DNA of 64,000 nt from Antedon mediterranea (taxonomy: Eukaryota; Animalia; Echinodermata). Each line of letters opens with the position of its first letter. The stretch's first letter is position 1. The position numbers and the translations under genes are program-made. The notes under the pieces were generated by a model. The model saw only the letters and a program-made list of their open reading frames with translations, had not been told where the DNA came from and ran no database searches. This document shows positions 24,031 to 36,801 of this stretch, piece after piece. Location of the stretch: the NCBI RefSeq assembly GCF_964355755.1, contig NC_092680.1:7688001-7752000 (forward strand). Direction: 5' to 3'.

Positions 24031-26002
24031 TGGAGTTTTATCATTCTCAGAGATTTCCTCATCTTTACTGTAGTAAATTAATTTCTCTTGTTTTTCCCGT
24101 GTGTAAATAAATACTCTATCTGTTTTCTTTTTTAGACAAAAAGTGGTCTCTTGATGTTCCTTGATGGATGGAAGTAGAAAAAAATGAATTGAGAATGATA
24201 TTTGTATTGTAGCTGAATACTGACTATTGCATGTTATAATTAATACATGCTTTTTTGCTTGCTATATTAAATCAAACCTTCAGGCAATGTAACACCATTG
24301 CTGTTGAATGTTGTAATATAAATCTGTGTTAGAACAATTTTCCTATATAAATTGTAATTTATATCTCATTTATACACTTTCAAAACATGTTGTTGATCCC
24401 AAAATAGAATCATGAATGTAGATTTTAAATCAATTAGTTAAATAAAAAAAGATACAAAAGAAGAAGATATTTCCCTTTTATATTTTTCTTATTTTTTTTA
24501 CTAAGTTGATAATTTCAAACTTGTTGCCAATGAATTATATTTATATGAGTTATAATATATAGTAATAGTATACCCATAGTTTATATTGTGAGTTTATTAT
24601 GAATTGAATATTTGAAAATAGTAAAAATAATGAATTTTTATGAGTTTAATAGTAAGAATATTATCATGCGTTTAGAAGAAGGCAGAGCCAAGTTAAACAA
24701 ATGAAAAATTCTATTCATTCCAAATACAAAACATAGAGACTTAGAAGTTTTGAACTTTTACCAGCGTCGCGTACAAATTTAATTTGGTATTTTACAAAAA
24801 ACAAAAAGAAAAAAATGCTACTGTGTAATAGAACCATTAAATAGAACTTTTACTGTGCAATAGAACTAAATATTTAATTGCGTGTGATACAAAACTAACC
24901 AATCAAATGACAAGGTGTGTTACACCAATAATTGAATAGATCAATACCTTAAAATATGTTGGTCAAAGGTGAACAGAACTTGGTTAAACTTGACATGGAG
25001 TTTACATTCAGAAATTGATGTATTTTGTGAACCTTCTTTTCGGTTTTAAATAAATGTATAATGTTTAAATGTCAGTACTTTATTTGTAGCAAATTTGTTT
25101 CTCTCTAAAATGCTAAAGGTTGGAAATTGTAATTAATATAGGTTATTTAAAAACATTTAATCTTGATATTATAAACAATAAGCTAATGGAATTATTGAAT
25201 GTTATATTGACTGTCAATCATTAGTTAATTTTTACTTGAATCATGAAAAAGCACTGTTACTATCACGTTGAACAAAATGATGAAAAAAGAGTTTTACATT
25301 AAAGATTTATATAAATTTTATCAATACTAATCAATAAAAAACCATGTTAATTAAAGCGCCAGTGATAATACTGATATTATTGAATGGTGTTGATATCAGA
25401 CTACTATTAATTTACTCAAGCTCTGAGTTTTTGCATGTAAAATAATTAAAAAAAAACTAAATATCGATACAGTATTAAAAATAGCTTTATTCCTGAAGAA
25501 ATTATGATCACAACATGTTGTGGTGATTTCCATTTTATGTAACTTAATAGTTATTCGCTTTTTATTCGGTAATATAGTTATTGTTTTGTGGAAGTAAAAT
25601 TTTTTGGGGACTAAATTTAACAGTTTTTTATTACCGAAATTATTATTTTTGGACAAAAGTGAATAATAATACTTATTTCATGTATGAAATGAATTTGTTT
25701 TGGTCTGGTATACCAGATATACTCTGAATATACACGCTACACTCTGAATATACACGCTACAACTGAATGGAATATTTTTTGTAAGATCGTTTGACAATTT
25801 TAGATTCAACAAGGTAAACACTATGTGGCACATGTCGTACACATTTTGTAATGTTATATAGTGTTTTATAATGTACATTAATGCTTTGCCAAATCATTCC
25901 GAATAGTATAAAAATATAAGATACAATCTCTAACATGGTGACCAATAAAAGTTTTAAAACAATTACAATTATCTGTCTTAATTGTATAATTCAGCTTATA
26001 TC

Positions 26003-26090
26003 TAAAGCTGATCTGCGCTATCAAATTAGTTTGACAAAAAATGTGATATGCCCAAATCTAGTAGTGATATGACGTCATTATGTCACATAA
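26003..26090. mobile_element. Partial copy of the 160-bp fold-back MITE family
   Basis: ctatcaaattagtttgacaaaaaatgtgatatgcccaaat matches one arm of 26763-26917. Confidence 0.65.
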
Positions 26091-26762
26091 CCATTACACC
26101 AAACTCTCATCCACAACTTTGTAATGTGTAGTTAGCCTATTTACACTTAGACCTAATAAAATAATAATATATATATTTTCCGGGGACATTTTATGTATGG
26201 GAATTTTACAGTAGGCTGAGGTTTGTACTCTCGGAGTAACTAAGTTGACTCTATTATTATAGTACAGTATAAAAATAAACGTAATATTGACTCTATTATG
26301 TTGCTAAAAGTTGCATTAACCTCTGTAAGCAATAACCTATCAACGCTGCAATACAATACAACCCTTTTCAGCCTCGTACTCTACGTATGTAGCGTAATAG
26401 GATTATAATATCTATATCATAATAATTATACTTGTTATACGTTGCTGTACGCAACTAAGTCTAATTTGTTGTTTGCCCATAAACGAATATGTTGTAGTAA
26501 TATACTATAACCCTCTATTCAGATATATCAACATTGAAAGGTTACGAGATAAGTTGCTGACAAAATGTTCGATTTATGTTGTTCGTCTCCCGACAAGACT
26601 AACTACTCCACATTAGATACATACGTTGAGTAAAACATAATTACGTTGGTAATAACTTAAGTTAGAAACGAGTTGTAGTATTTGATTAAACATTCAGTAT
26701 TGAGATCCGTAGTTCGGTACATACAAATATTGGTAAATTATTCGAAAAACATCAATGCCTTA

Positions 26763-26917
26763 AGCTTCGTCTACACTATCAAACTTTATGTGATAAAAAA
26801 ATGTGCCATATATAAAAAAATTGATTTCATATCACTAACCAAATGTAGGCATATCACTATATTTGGGCACATCACATTTTTTTTTTGTCAAACTAGTTCG
26901 ATAATGTAGACAGAGCT
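26763..26917. mobile_element. Fold-back MITE (Harbinger/Tourist-like)
   Basis: AGCTTCGTCTACACTATCAAACT ... AGTTCGATAATGTAGACAGAGCT with TTA on both flanks. Confidence 0.8.
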
Positions 26918-27619
26918 TTACTTTTATTTAATTTTAAATGCGTACAGGTTTGTAAATTAGAATTCAGGTAAACCTATGGATCTTGTAGACTGACGCATAA
27001 TAGTTACAAAAAGTACACTTAATAAAAAAAAAACCTTTCAATATGGTCGTTAAAAACATGAACTCATGTTGTCACATGACATGGTGAAGTACATGATTCA
27101 CGATCCATGCGTTATAAGCATGCTGTAATAATGTAAGTTAATGTTTCTTCTACGAAACGCAACATTACCCATATTAGAAGACTTAGAAGTTCATTTACAA
27201 TGTAATTTAGATACAACCCTCTATTCCACCGACTACAAGCACTATTCATGCTTCAAATTAATAACATACTCGATGTTTGGTGTGTACATTATTTACCTTA
27301 TTCATGCGTATGCTGGTTATAATAATATTTTCCAGGAAAATGTTGAATACGACTAACTTATTCGTTTCGTTAGATTCACAAAAGAGAGACGTGATGTTAA
27401 TTATGTCACATTTACAGTTTTTTTTTCTCTTTTGTGGCGCAAGCACCACTTTTATTCACATTCATATTATCTCATCGTATTATTTAACTTGTAAATGTCG
27501 TTACAGTTCATAAGTAACATTTTTACATATGAATTCTGTATTACTCCTTTTTTCATTAATTTTCACTTGACAGGATCATCATTATCATCTATCCCGTTTT
27601 AAAATAGTTCACACATTTT

Positions 27620-28571
27620 CATTTGTTTGTTTTTATTTTACAACCCGGATTATACAATATATTTATATACATGATAAAAAAAAAACAATAATAGCTCAGT
27701 ACCACCAGTAACCCGTATCACTGTAATTCTTTTTCTGTTAATCGTATCAAATTAGAAATTATATTATCATAATCGTATTTCTTAAAGCTACCCATTTTTC
27801 TATACTTGTTTCTTTATTGTTATATGTTTCACATTCAATGTTATATAACATATTGCTTTTAAATGAATTCCATAAAGATTTACCCACTGGCTTATTTAGT
27901 GCAGATAACATTTTTATTCTATAAATAGTAAATGCTGCAAAAGTGTAAATATAATCTATTAGCTTATCTCCCGTTCCTAGTATTAATTGTTTAAATGATA
28001 TATTATTGTGATTTAAACTTACAAAGATACTAAGCATTTTCCTCCAATATTTCTGAATAAATCTACAACTAAAAAACAAATGATTTTCATTTTCAATTTC
28101 TCCACATTTGTCACACGTTTGTGTTTCCTTAACTTTCCACTGATACAGCCGTTTGTTGGTAGGCAGTATTCTATGTAACATCTTATAATTGAATTGTGCT
28201 AGTTTCTTATCTTTCATTTTACATACTTTCCGTAACCAAGAAGTTTTCCAATCAATGTTGTTATCATTGAAGTAGGCCTACTCTTCCCATTTTAGTTGTG
28301 ACATTGGAATAATGAAATATTCTTTCACAAACCATGAGTATATTAGTTTGGTAGTATTAATCTCATACTTGGTCCCAACTAATTCATCATTATCATCACA
28401 ATTGAAAATATCTACCTCTTTAATAATACGTTTCCATTGAATTGGTATTGCCTTAATAATGCACAAATACTCATTTAACCAGTTTGTTTTACATTGTAGT
28501 TTCACCAGTATTTCGTTTGATGTTAAAAAAGTGTTCTTATTAACATTGTTTACAGTTAAGCACAAAAACAT
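27620..28571 (-). pseudogene. 5'-truncated L1/Tx1-clade LINE, ORF2 C-terminus (zf-RVT zinc-binding region)
   Basis: ORFs 28278-28571 and 27759-28217 share one frame separated by a single TAG. Motif KLAQFNYKMLHRILPTNKRL..W....CDKCGE.E...HLFFSC....YW. A-rich 3' end near 27620-27640. Confidence 0.85.
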
Positions 28572-28734
28572 CCCCTATATGTCTCCTGAATTGGGATTGG
28601 CCGTAATATTATTTCCCCTCGTTCATTGTACATGAAAGTGTACTTATTTTAATGTCTCTTTATATGGGGTGTCTGAGGGGTTATGCTGTATTTATGTTTT
28701 TGTAGGCCATGATAACACTTGCAATCCATCCATA

Positions 28735-29200
28735 CAATCGGCAAGGGTTCAATGCTTTTCTCAACCATGGTTCTGGTGGTAGTCCTCGGATGAGTACTTT
28801 ATAATAATACTAATAATAATATCCTGGATATAGCGCCTAATGTTGTGAAACCTCTAAGCGCTGAACTTTATTACTCATGATGCATACTCCCATAATGCAG
28901 CTAGCAACCAACGCAAAGATGTGTCTTATACACCTAGATGGAGAGAGGCAAACGTAAGTAAAGTATCTTGCCCAAGGATACAAGCAATGCGGCGAGAGTT
29001 GGATTCGAACCTCGATCTCACGATCAGTAGTCGAACGTCCATCCAACACACTGCACCACAGGCCCTTGGTGTGTGAAGATCCAGTGTACATATCTGGCTT
29101 GTGTGGCCTTTAAAAACCCAGTGCATCTTTCGAAAGAGTATAGGGAGGGGGTCACATCGGTGTACGGGTCCATCTCGAATTAGCACAGTTTGATGTAAGC
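28735..29200 (+). mobile_element. Older SINE (Meta/MESC-like domain) interrupted by the CORE-like SINE
   Basis: gtcctcggatgagtact.tataa lies left of the insert and taaaaacccagtgcatctttcgaaagagtataggg lies right of it. These resemble consecutive blocks of the Meta/MESC SINE domain as I recall it. Confidence 0.45.
28798..29065 (-). mobile_element. Full-length tRNA-derived CORE-like SINE
   Basis: Head GGGCCTGTGGTGCAGTG...GGTTCGAATCC, central tatccttgggcaagatacttta...ctctccatctaggtgtataa, 3' aggcgctatat plus an (ATT)n-like tail. Confidence 0.8.
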
Positions 29201-29625
29201 TAGTAAATCCAGTCCAGTTAGGCTGAAAGACACAGATTATTCCGCCACATTTGCATTTAAAACACGTATAAAGAAAAAATCAAATCAAATTTAGTCAGCC
29301 AAAAATGTCAGCAATATATATGTTACTACCAACGAAGGTCATCAATATCAAATTGTATATACTCAATACAACAATTCAGAGTGGAATACCTCACAAACAA
29401 TAGATACCAACAAGATATTAATTAACGACGATTAAGAATGACATATTGCATGCCGGGAAAGAAAGAACAACCTCATTATTCAAGTTCTAGAGCATGCCTT
29501 GCCTTCACCAATTATAATCCCATCAAATTGAGAATAAGAGTTCTAAAAACAACTACACTCTTTATGTAGTTAACAACATTCAAACATGCCTTTCTATATC
29601 AAAGTCCAGTAGCCTACTCTCACTT

Positions 29626-29662
29626 GCACTGATGAAGGGCTAGTGTTGCCCGAAAGCTCTGC
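29626..29662 (+). ncRNA. Minimal type I hammerhead ribozyme (Penelope-like element associated)
   Basis: gca-CUGAUGA-a-gggc(uaguguu)gccc-GAA-AGCU-C-ugc: intact core, stem II, palindromic AGCU stem III and 3-bp stem I. Confidence 0.7.
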
Positions 29663-32643
29663 TAATTTTTCTGACTATTTTACTTTATTGTTTTGATTTA
29701 GCTTTTCGCTTATTTTATTTTGTATCTCCATTGAGTTCCAGCCACTGATACCCACAGCATTGTTATATTTAGTAATTTGTCTTTGGATTTATATAATAAA
29801 CACAAGACTGCTATTACCATTATCAGTCAATCTGGACGGGATTAGTACCCGGATGGCATTATCTTTTGTTTTAGCAATTCACCCCAATAATCGTCAAAAT
29901 TACCATTAGGCCAACCGATGTCAACGTTCGCCATTGTAATTAACTATCACTGACCTAATCTGATGCGCCGTACAAAAAAGTTGTTGCCATAGACACAGGT
30001 TACGTCATGTTCTCATGAAATTAAGTAAGAAACGCACGTGACACGAACTGTTGACCCCCTACAAGCAGGTGTACTTGTGCCTAATTACAAGAGAAATAAT
30101 TTGAGCACTTTATACAATGTTTTGACTGTCGGGACATCACGGCTCTTTAAAGTAAAAACTAATCAACATAGACACTGTATTAATATTGTTTAATTACGCT
30201 ACACCAGATGTTATTTGTAAAACAGAAATTGGACAATATTATACAAGGCAATTATGCCGTATTGTACGCTATTATGTATACAGGCACTTTGAAATATGTT
30301 AGTAAGAATGGTCTAATTTCGAATGTTTTTAACGTTATGAGAAAAAAAGTTTTTTATAAACACGTTGAAACATTAACTGGATCAGTTGTATTGTGAAAAT
30401 AACCGTGTCACTGTCCGAACGCTATAGGGCATAGCAGTACCAGTGTAAATCAATATCTTAATAATAATAATATTATTGCGTTTCCAATAAACTAAACTGG
30501 TTAAAACAGTGAATTATGAATTATTACTTAAGCTACCTGTCATGATCACAATGATGTCGTTACAGCGTAAGATTGAGTAGCGAAGTAAAAGTCAACGCGT
30601 TTACATTATAGTTATCATTGCGATGTTAACGCAATGAACGCTATTCAGTAGTAGGGAAGCATCTGTACTGAGCAGCCACTCACTTTGATTGACTATTGGA
30701 CGAGTGCATACGTAATTACGACGAGTCTCTGTTTGGAGACCGGCGTATACTCATTCGAATGACTGTTGTTGATATTAATGCCAGCACGGAAACAATACAT
30801 AGATATACATATTGTGTTCTACTGTGATCATTATTTTTCGGAATTACAGACCTGTTTTATGGAACGAGATACAAGGTAAGAATAAGGATCGTATGCATGC
30901 CAAGCATGCTATCCTAGCATGTTTTAGTAGTATTGCCAATATTTTTGGGTTCCGGGACGGTATTGATTCATCGTCGGCAAAAACAGTAAACATTTTTAAT
31001 TAGACTTATACAAACTGTTTTTGAATAGCAATTTAGCAAACAATGTCTATGTGTTAAAACGGATTCAAACAGCGTTACTATTTTTCCTAGGATTTGATAA
31101 CGTATTTGGAACATGTGCTCAAAGTAGGTCTATAAATGAAGCCTGTGGTGTAATTAGCATTTCAGCACGGCGCTTAACTATTATTATAATGATCGCCGTG
31201 GATGGAAAATAAAATAAATTCTCCATAGACCTATTCTTTTATATAATTATCAATGCAACCAATACAGTATAACGCATGTATTCCTTTTTTTAGCAAACTC
31301 TTTAAAAAGCACCCAAAAAATGTGTTGAATTATATAGTTTATTTAAAAAATCATACGTGGCTCGCTCACGATTGGACCTACACATACTGTACCGGTAAAA
31401 AGAGAAAGCCTATATTCTTTGTTCGATATACTACACTAACAATAGCAATAGCAATGTTTCTGGCTTATTACTGTCACGGTTATTGTCCGTTGTTAATGCA
31501 TATTATTGCTTTGATAATTATTAATGCATAATCCGTTTGTGTACGTTTAAATTACATTACGCTATTGAACATCTCAAAATGAAGTTTTAAGTGCTGAAAG
31601 ATGATTAAGCAATAATATAAAACATATTATAAGCCCATGAAAATATACGACCACATTAACGTAATACGTCGAAATAATCCGTGTAATGTCACCAGAACTT
31701 ACTGGCTAAACAAGAGCCTTTTTTAACAAAATGTGAGTGGAATATAGAAACAAGACGAGGACAATCAGAACAATGTCAACATGAGCGAAGATGGTAGAAT
31801 AAGTGCCTATCTTGTTTGTTTTGTTACCGTTTATGTTTTACGTGTAATGTTTATTTGTATGAGTTGGTATGGAACAGCCAGGATGTACGAAATGGCAACA
31901 GCTTCTCGAATGAGTAGAGATGTCAAATGTTAGACACGACACACAATTTAAAAAAAAGAGGTCATTTCAAGTCAACAGAAATCGAATTTGCATTTGTTAA
32001 ATACATCTTCACTAAGTTCGCTACGACCTCCAATAAAATTCTGAAACTAATGCTGGTCTACCCTTTTGCATTATACAACCATTGCACAAGTCCATATCTG
32101 ATTTGGTAGGCCTATAATTACTGTCCGAATTAAAACCACCGTGTATTTAACATTAATCATGTTTAATGCGGATAGAAACTAGGATTTGGAACCGGAATTA
32201 CATCTGTTTCATCAAGTCTGTAAATCTTGTCTAATGCCGTTTTACCTAACCGATGGGCTAGGTAGTAAAACTGCTTTTAAGTAATTACAGTCTGACGTCA
32301 TGATGATCGTCATGTCAATAATGAAAGAAACGTCTCCTCAATATCTACACATTTTAAAATAACAACATAATGGTAAAGTTTTACATTCTAATTTTAACCA
32401 TTTACTAACAATAATAGGCTATATTCCATCGCCAGCATTCATTCAATCGGTTAATTTATAGCCAGTTGTTGTTAGAATAGCCAGTCATACTACAGTATGT
32501 ATCTATGTTGGTCGGGGTCGGTCTTCTGGTATATCCTTCATTAATTCGTCAACCCGTCTGTCTATTATAGACTTGTAGGCCTATAGGGTGAAATTTATCT
32601 TAATTTGTGTCTGTTTGTACGTCGGTTTGATATAATTCCTAAA

Positions 32644-32803
32644 GCCTTGTCTACACTATCAAACTGTATGTGTCAAAAAAGTTTGATGTGCCTATATATG
32701 GTAGTGCTATGCTTAAATATGGTGGTGATATGACATCATCATGTCCATATATGGGCACATCACATTTTTTTGACACATAAAGTTTGATAGTGTAAACAAA
32801 GCT
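32644..32803. mobile_element. Fold-back MITE, same family as 26763-26917
   Basis: AGCCTTGTCTACACTATCAAACT ... AGTTTGATAGTGTAAACAAAGCT with long complementary arms. Flanks TAA and TTA. Confidence 0.85.
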
Positions 32804-34106
32804 TTAGAGTTAGAATTGCCTTATTGTCGTCAGTCAATGTACAATTACATCGTATATTTACATCATGATCGTCTGGACGCATATTATGTGCTGCTTCTGT
32901 TAAATTTCGCCATTTTTGTTATTTTTCAATGCATTTTCTAGCGTTACAATTATATTCCTTCTCAATAAAATGCAAGCGAACTTTATATAGCATGAACGCA
33001 TACTACTATGCCGCTTCTGCTGCTAAATCCGATCGTGTAAAATAGATATTGACACGGAAATCTTAGTAGAAATGTTACAGCCTGAAGCGCCGCAATGGTG
33101 AGATTACTTTTATTTTTCGCATCACATTTTTTTTATCACAAATTGTAATAGATAGATAAGCCAAATATTTTCAAAAGAATCATCCTATATTGTTGCTGAT
33201 TGGAAAAGGAGTATAAATTATTTTCTATTTTGTTTTTGTATATAGAATTCGTATTTTAATTTCTAAATTCGATAACTTGTTTTCTATTGTAAGTTAAAAA
33301 AACTGTTCTTATAGAGCCTTATTTTCCCATGCCCACCCACATTCTTAATTCTAATTAGATATTGGAGTTCAATTTACTTTACCGTATATCACTTACCGTA
33401 TATTTTTAATTTGATTTTTATTGATAATCAACATTTTTGTAATAAAAATCAAGATACAGTAGTTTGTATGTATAAAGTATATTGATCGAATTGCCTGTTC
33501 TCACGTGACTCAGGAGGTTTATCTGGCCATTAGGGTCGTTGTCAATCAATCAATACATTTGTTTAAATCTGAGAAATTAAATTTACAGGTTTATATTAAT
33601 TTTGTTTCTCTAAACTTATTTGTACTGTAGCTGTTGGAGTTAATAAGACGTTTAATATTGTAATAATAGATTTTCTTATCAGACTATTCTTTTTTTTTAA
33701 ATAGGCATAATAACAATAGAGAAAGAATTACATATGAATAGGGTAAATAACTGTATTCTGAAAGAGATATCAGAATAAAAAAATTGTACAATTTTTACTA
33801 ATACTATATTGATTGTAAGACAGTATCCATCCCATTATGTTTCTTGCTGATAAGCAGCGTGTACTCTATATCTTATTTTTTAATACCGAATATACAACTA
33901 TGTAACCTATTTGGATATTTATTTAATTTATTTTATTCAGTTCACAACCAACAGGTATAATTATAAAGGATGCAAACAACCTAAAACGGCCCATCATATA
34001 TCTGGTAATCACCTACATTCGTTTGTGATAGCATACATGCGATTTATCTATAAAACGCATTGAAATTATGCAATACAAATTAACCGATATTGTATGTAAC
34101 TGTGTG

Positions 34107-34946
34107 ATTGGCTAGTTGTTATTCACTGTATAACTACGTGTAAACTTCAATATCAGATTTTAGTAAAGATGCTTAGTAATATGATCGTCAGTACCTATTC
34201 ATTGTGATCATGATGATGATAATGATGATCGTCATGATTAAGATGGTCATGAATGATGCTTAGTAATATGATCGTCAGTACCTATTCATTGTGATCATCA
34301 TGATGATAATGATGATCGTCATGATTAAGATGATCATGACTGATCATCATAATTGAATAGATAAAAACGAGGCGCCGGGGTCCTCAAATTGGCTAGTTGT
34401 TATTCACTGTATAACTACGTGTAAACTTCAATATCAGATTTTGGTAAAGATGCTAATATGATCGTCAGTATCTATTCATTGTGATCATCATGATGATAAT
34501 GATGATCGTCATGATAAAGATGATCATGAATTATACTTAGTAATATGATCGTCAGTACCTACAGTATTCATTGTGATCATCATGATGATAATGCTGATCG
34601 TCATGATTAAGATGATCATGACTGATCATCATAATTAAATAGATAAAAACGAGGCGCCGGGGTCCTCAAATTGGCTAGTTGTTATTCACTGTATAACTAC
34701 GTGTAAACTTCAATATCAGATTTTGGTAAAGATGCTAATATGATCGTCAGTATCTATTCATTGTGATCATCATGATGATAATGATGATCGTCATGATAAA
34801 GATGATCATGAATTATACTTAGTAATATGATCGTCAGTACCTATTCATTGTGATCATCATGATGATAATGCTGATCGTCATGATTAAGATGATCATGACT
34901 GATCATCATAATTAAATAGATAATAACGAGGCGCAGGGGCCCTCAG
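34107..34946. repeat. Three tandem units of about 281 bp, each with two about 85-bp subrepeats
   Basis: attggctagttgttattcactg occurs at 34107, 34388 and 34670. Each unit ends in a cgaggcgc..ggg.cctca box. Confidence 0.92.
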
Positions 34947-35131
34947 AAAGCCGAAACTAAACTGGTTCTACCCGCAATTCATTAGAACACTGGTTAGCGA
35001 CAAGGACGTATCCCCAGGCCTACCTTGGTTTGGTATGAACTTCCACTTTCTTGCCTTTTCTTGATCTTTTTAACTTGTGTTTTCTAGCGATTCGAGACTT
35101 TTGTTTCTTTTTTGGCATTTCAGAACCATTA

Positions 35132-35249
35132 AGGATGATGATTATGATCATTAATATCTTGATTCTGATCCATATCATCATCATCATCATCGTCATTATC
35201 ATCGTCATTATCATCACCATCACAACCATCATCATCATCATCATCATCA
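35132..35249. repeat. Imperfect (ATC)n microsatellite
   Basis: catcatcatcat... runs. Confidence 0.9.
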
Positions 35250-36656
35250 ATAGTATGGGCTCTCACGTGTTATCACTTCATTCAAACCATTTGATACACA
35301 AATTCAGTTATGCAGAGAAAGAAATTCAACTAGAAAGATAATTAATTACTAAACACTCAATAATTGTAGGTTGATTTGAGAAAGACAACGTCCATACGTC
35401 ATGAAGTGAAACCATACTCATGGGAAATATAATCACCGCTCAAGATAATTATTAAGGATTTCGCTGTTAATTAAACCTACGGGCACTGTACCGTTTTATA
35501 TTACTCAAGAGAGTCACACATTAAACAGTTACAAGTTTTCAACGGCTAGTGGTTAATTATTTGAAGGATTAATCTTTTTTTTCTAATTTGGATTTGATCA
35601 AGATGTTGATTAATTCAACATTTAAAAGAACTAAAAAAACATTAGTTCCTACAAAATGTGTACCATAAAATGATTAGAATTAGAATGTCTTTAAAAACCG
35701 TAAATATTAAGACACGTCTGGTAAACCGAATCGATATAGCACCTTGTAGTCAGTATTGGAACAGATATTTGTTTCTTTATATTAGGAATGACAACACTGA
35801 CTAAGTATTATGCTTAAATAACAAAGTTTAACAAATTAGGTTCAATCCCACCACACTTGATCCTTTTGCACCCAGAAATATTTCACACTATCGGTTCTTA
35901 ACATGTATCCCCACTCACCCTCCAACCCCTGCTTAAATTGGTTTTTTTCACTTTTGTTTGGAATACACCTACTTTTATTCCAGCATAATAAAAACATGTT
36001 TTGATTATACTTTAATACAATCTAAGGAATTAAGGAGAGAACAATTTTTGGTTATTCAGTATTAGAGGATATAGCGATACATTTACAACAAAAACCTAGA
36101 TTTTTTTTATATTTAAGTGATTTGTGTTATGGTTGTATTTTTTTAAATGAATAAAAAAAAAAATGAAAAAAAAAAAAAAAAACAAGCAACATGGCCAAAT
36201 TAAAAAAAAAAACAAAAAAAAAACCTAGATTGGAACCGATATTTGAACGGGCATTTATTACAGCTATACATGCCTTTCAATTTCTTTCTCGGTTTGCAAA
36301 TATTCAAATTAAGATTAGGAAAGAATTAGGCCTATATTTTAATAAAATATACAATACAAAATGTAGATTGATCGACTCAAATACAGATATATAGGATTTG
36401 CCGTCTAGTCATTCTAAAAATAGAAAGTGGGTTAAATACTGTAGATGATAACCGAATCTTCCATCATTAATGCAATTCAGTTAATTCGGCTTTAGATGAT
36501 GTTTTGATCTTCAATTCAGATCTTCGTTAGCTTTTAATTATCATACTTTTTTCATAATCTTTTCTGTAGAAAAAATGTATATTACAGCTGTAACGGTCAC
36601 AATCATGGCTGTTCAAGATACCTGTATTTTCAATCGATGACAAAATACTATTTATA

Positions 36657-36801
36657 CGCACGCAAGAGTGAAATTTCACTCTTTCTGTTATATGATAACT
36701 ACTTCGACTTTGAAGCTCCTGCACTGTAACTCACTCTACTTTATAAGCACACAAGAGTGAAATTTCACTCTGTTATATGATAACTACTTCGACTTTGAAG
36801 C
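36657..36801. repeat. Local duplication of about 55-59 bp containing the palindrome agagtgaaatttcactct
   Basis: Copies start at about 36658 and about 36747. Confidence 0.85.

Noticed and set aside
35020-35341. Poly-Met / poly-Ile ORFs and a basic peptide MPKKKQKSRIARKHK... followed by a donor-like gtagg
   Set aside because: Largely (ATC)n microsatellite. No partner exon or recognisable family.
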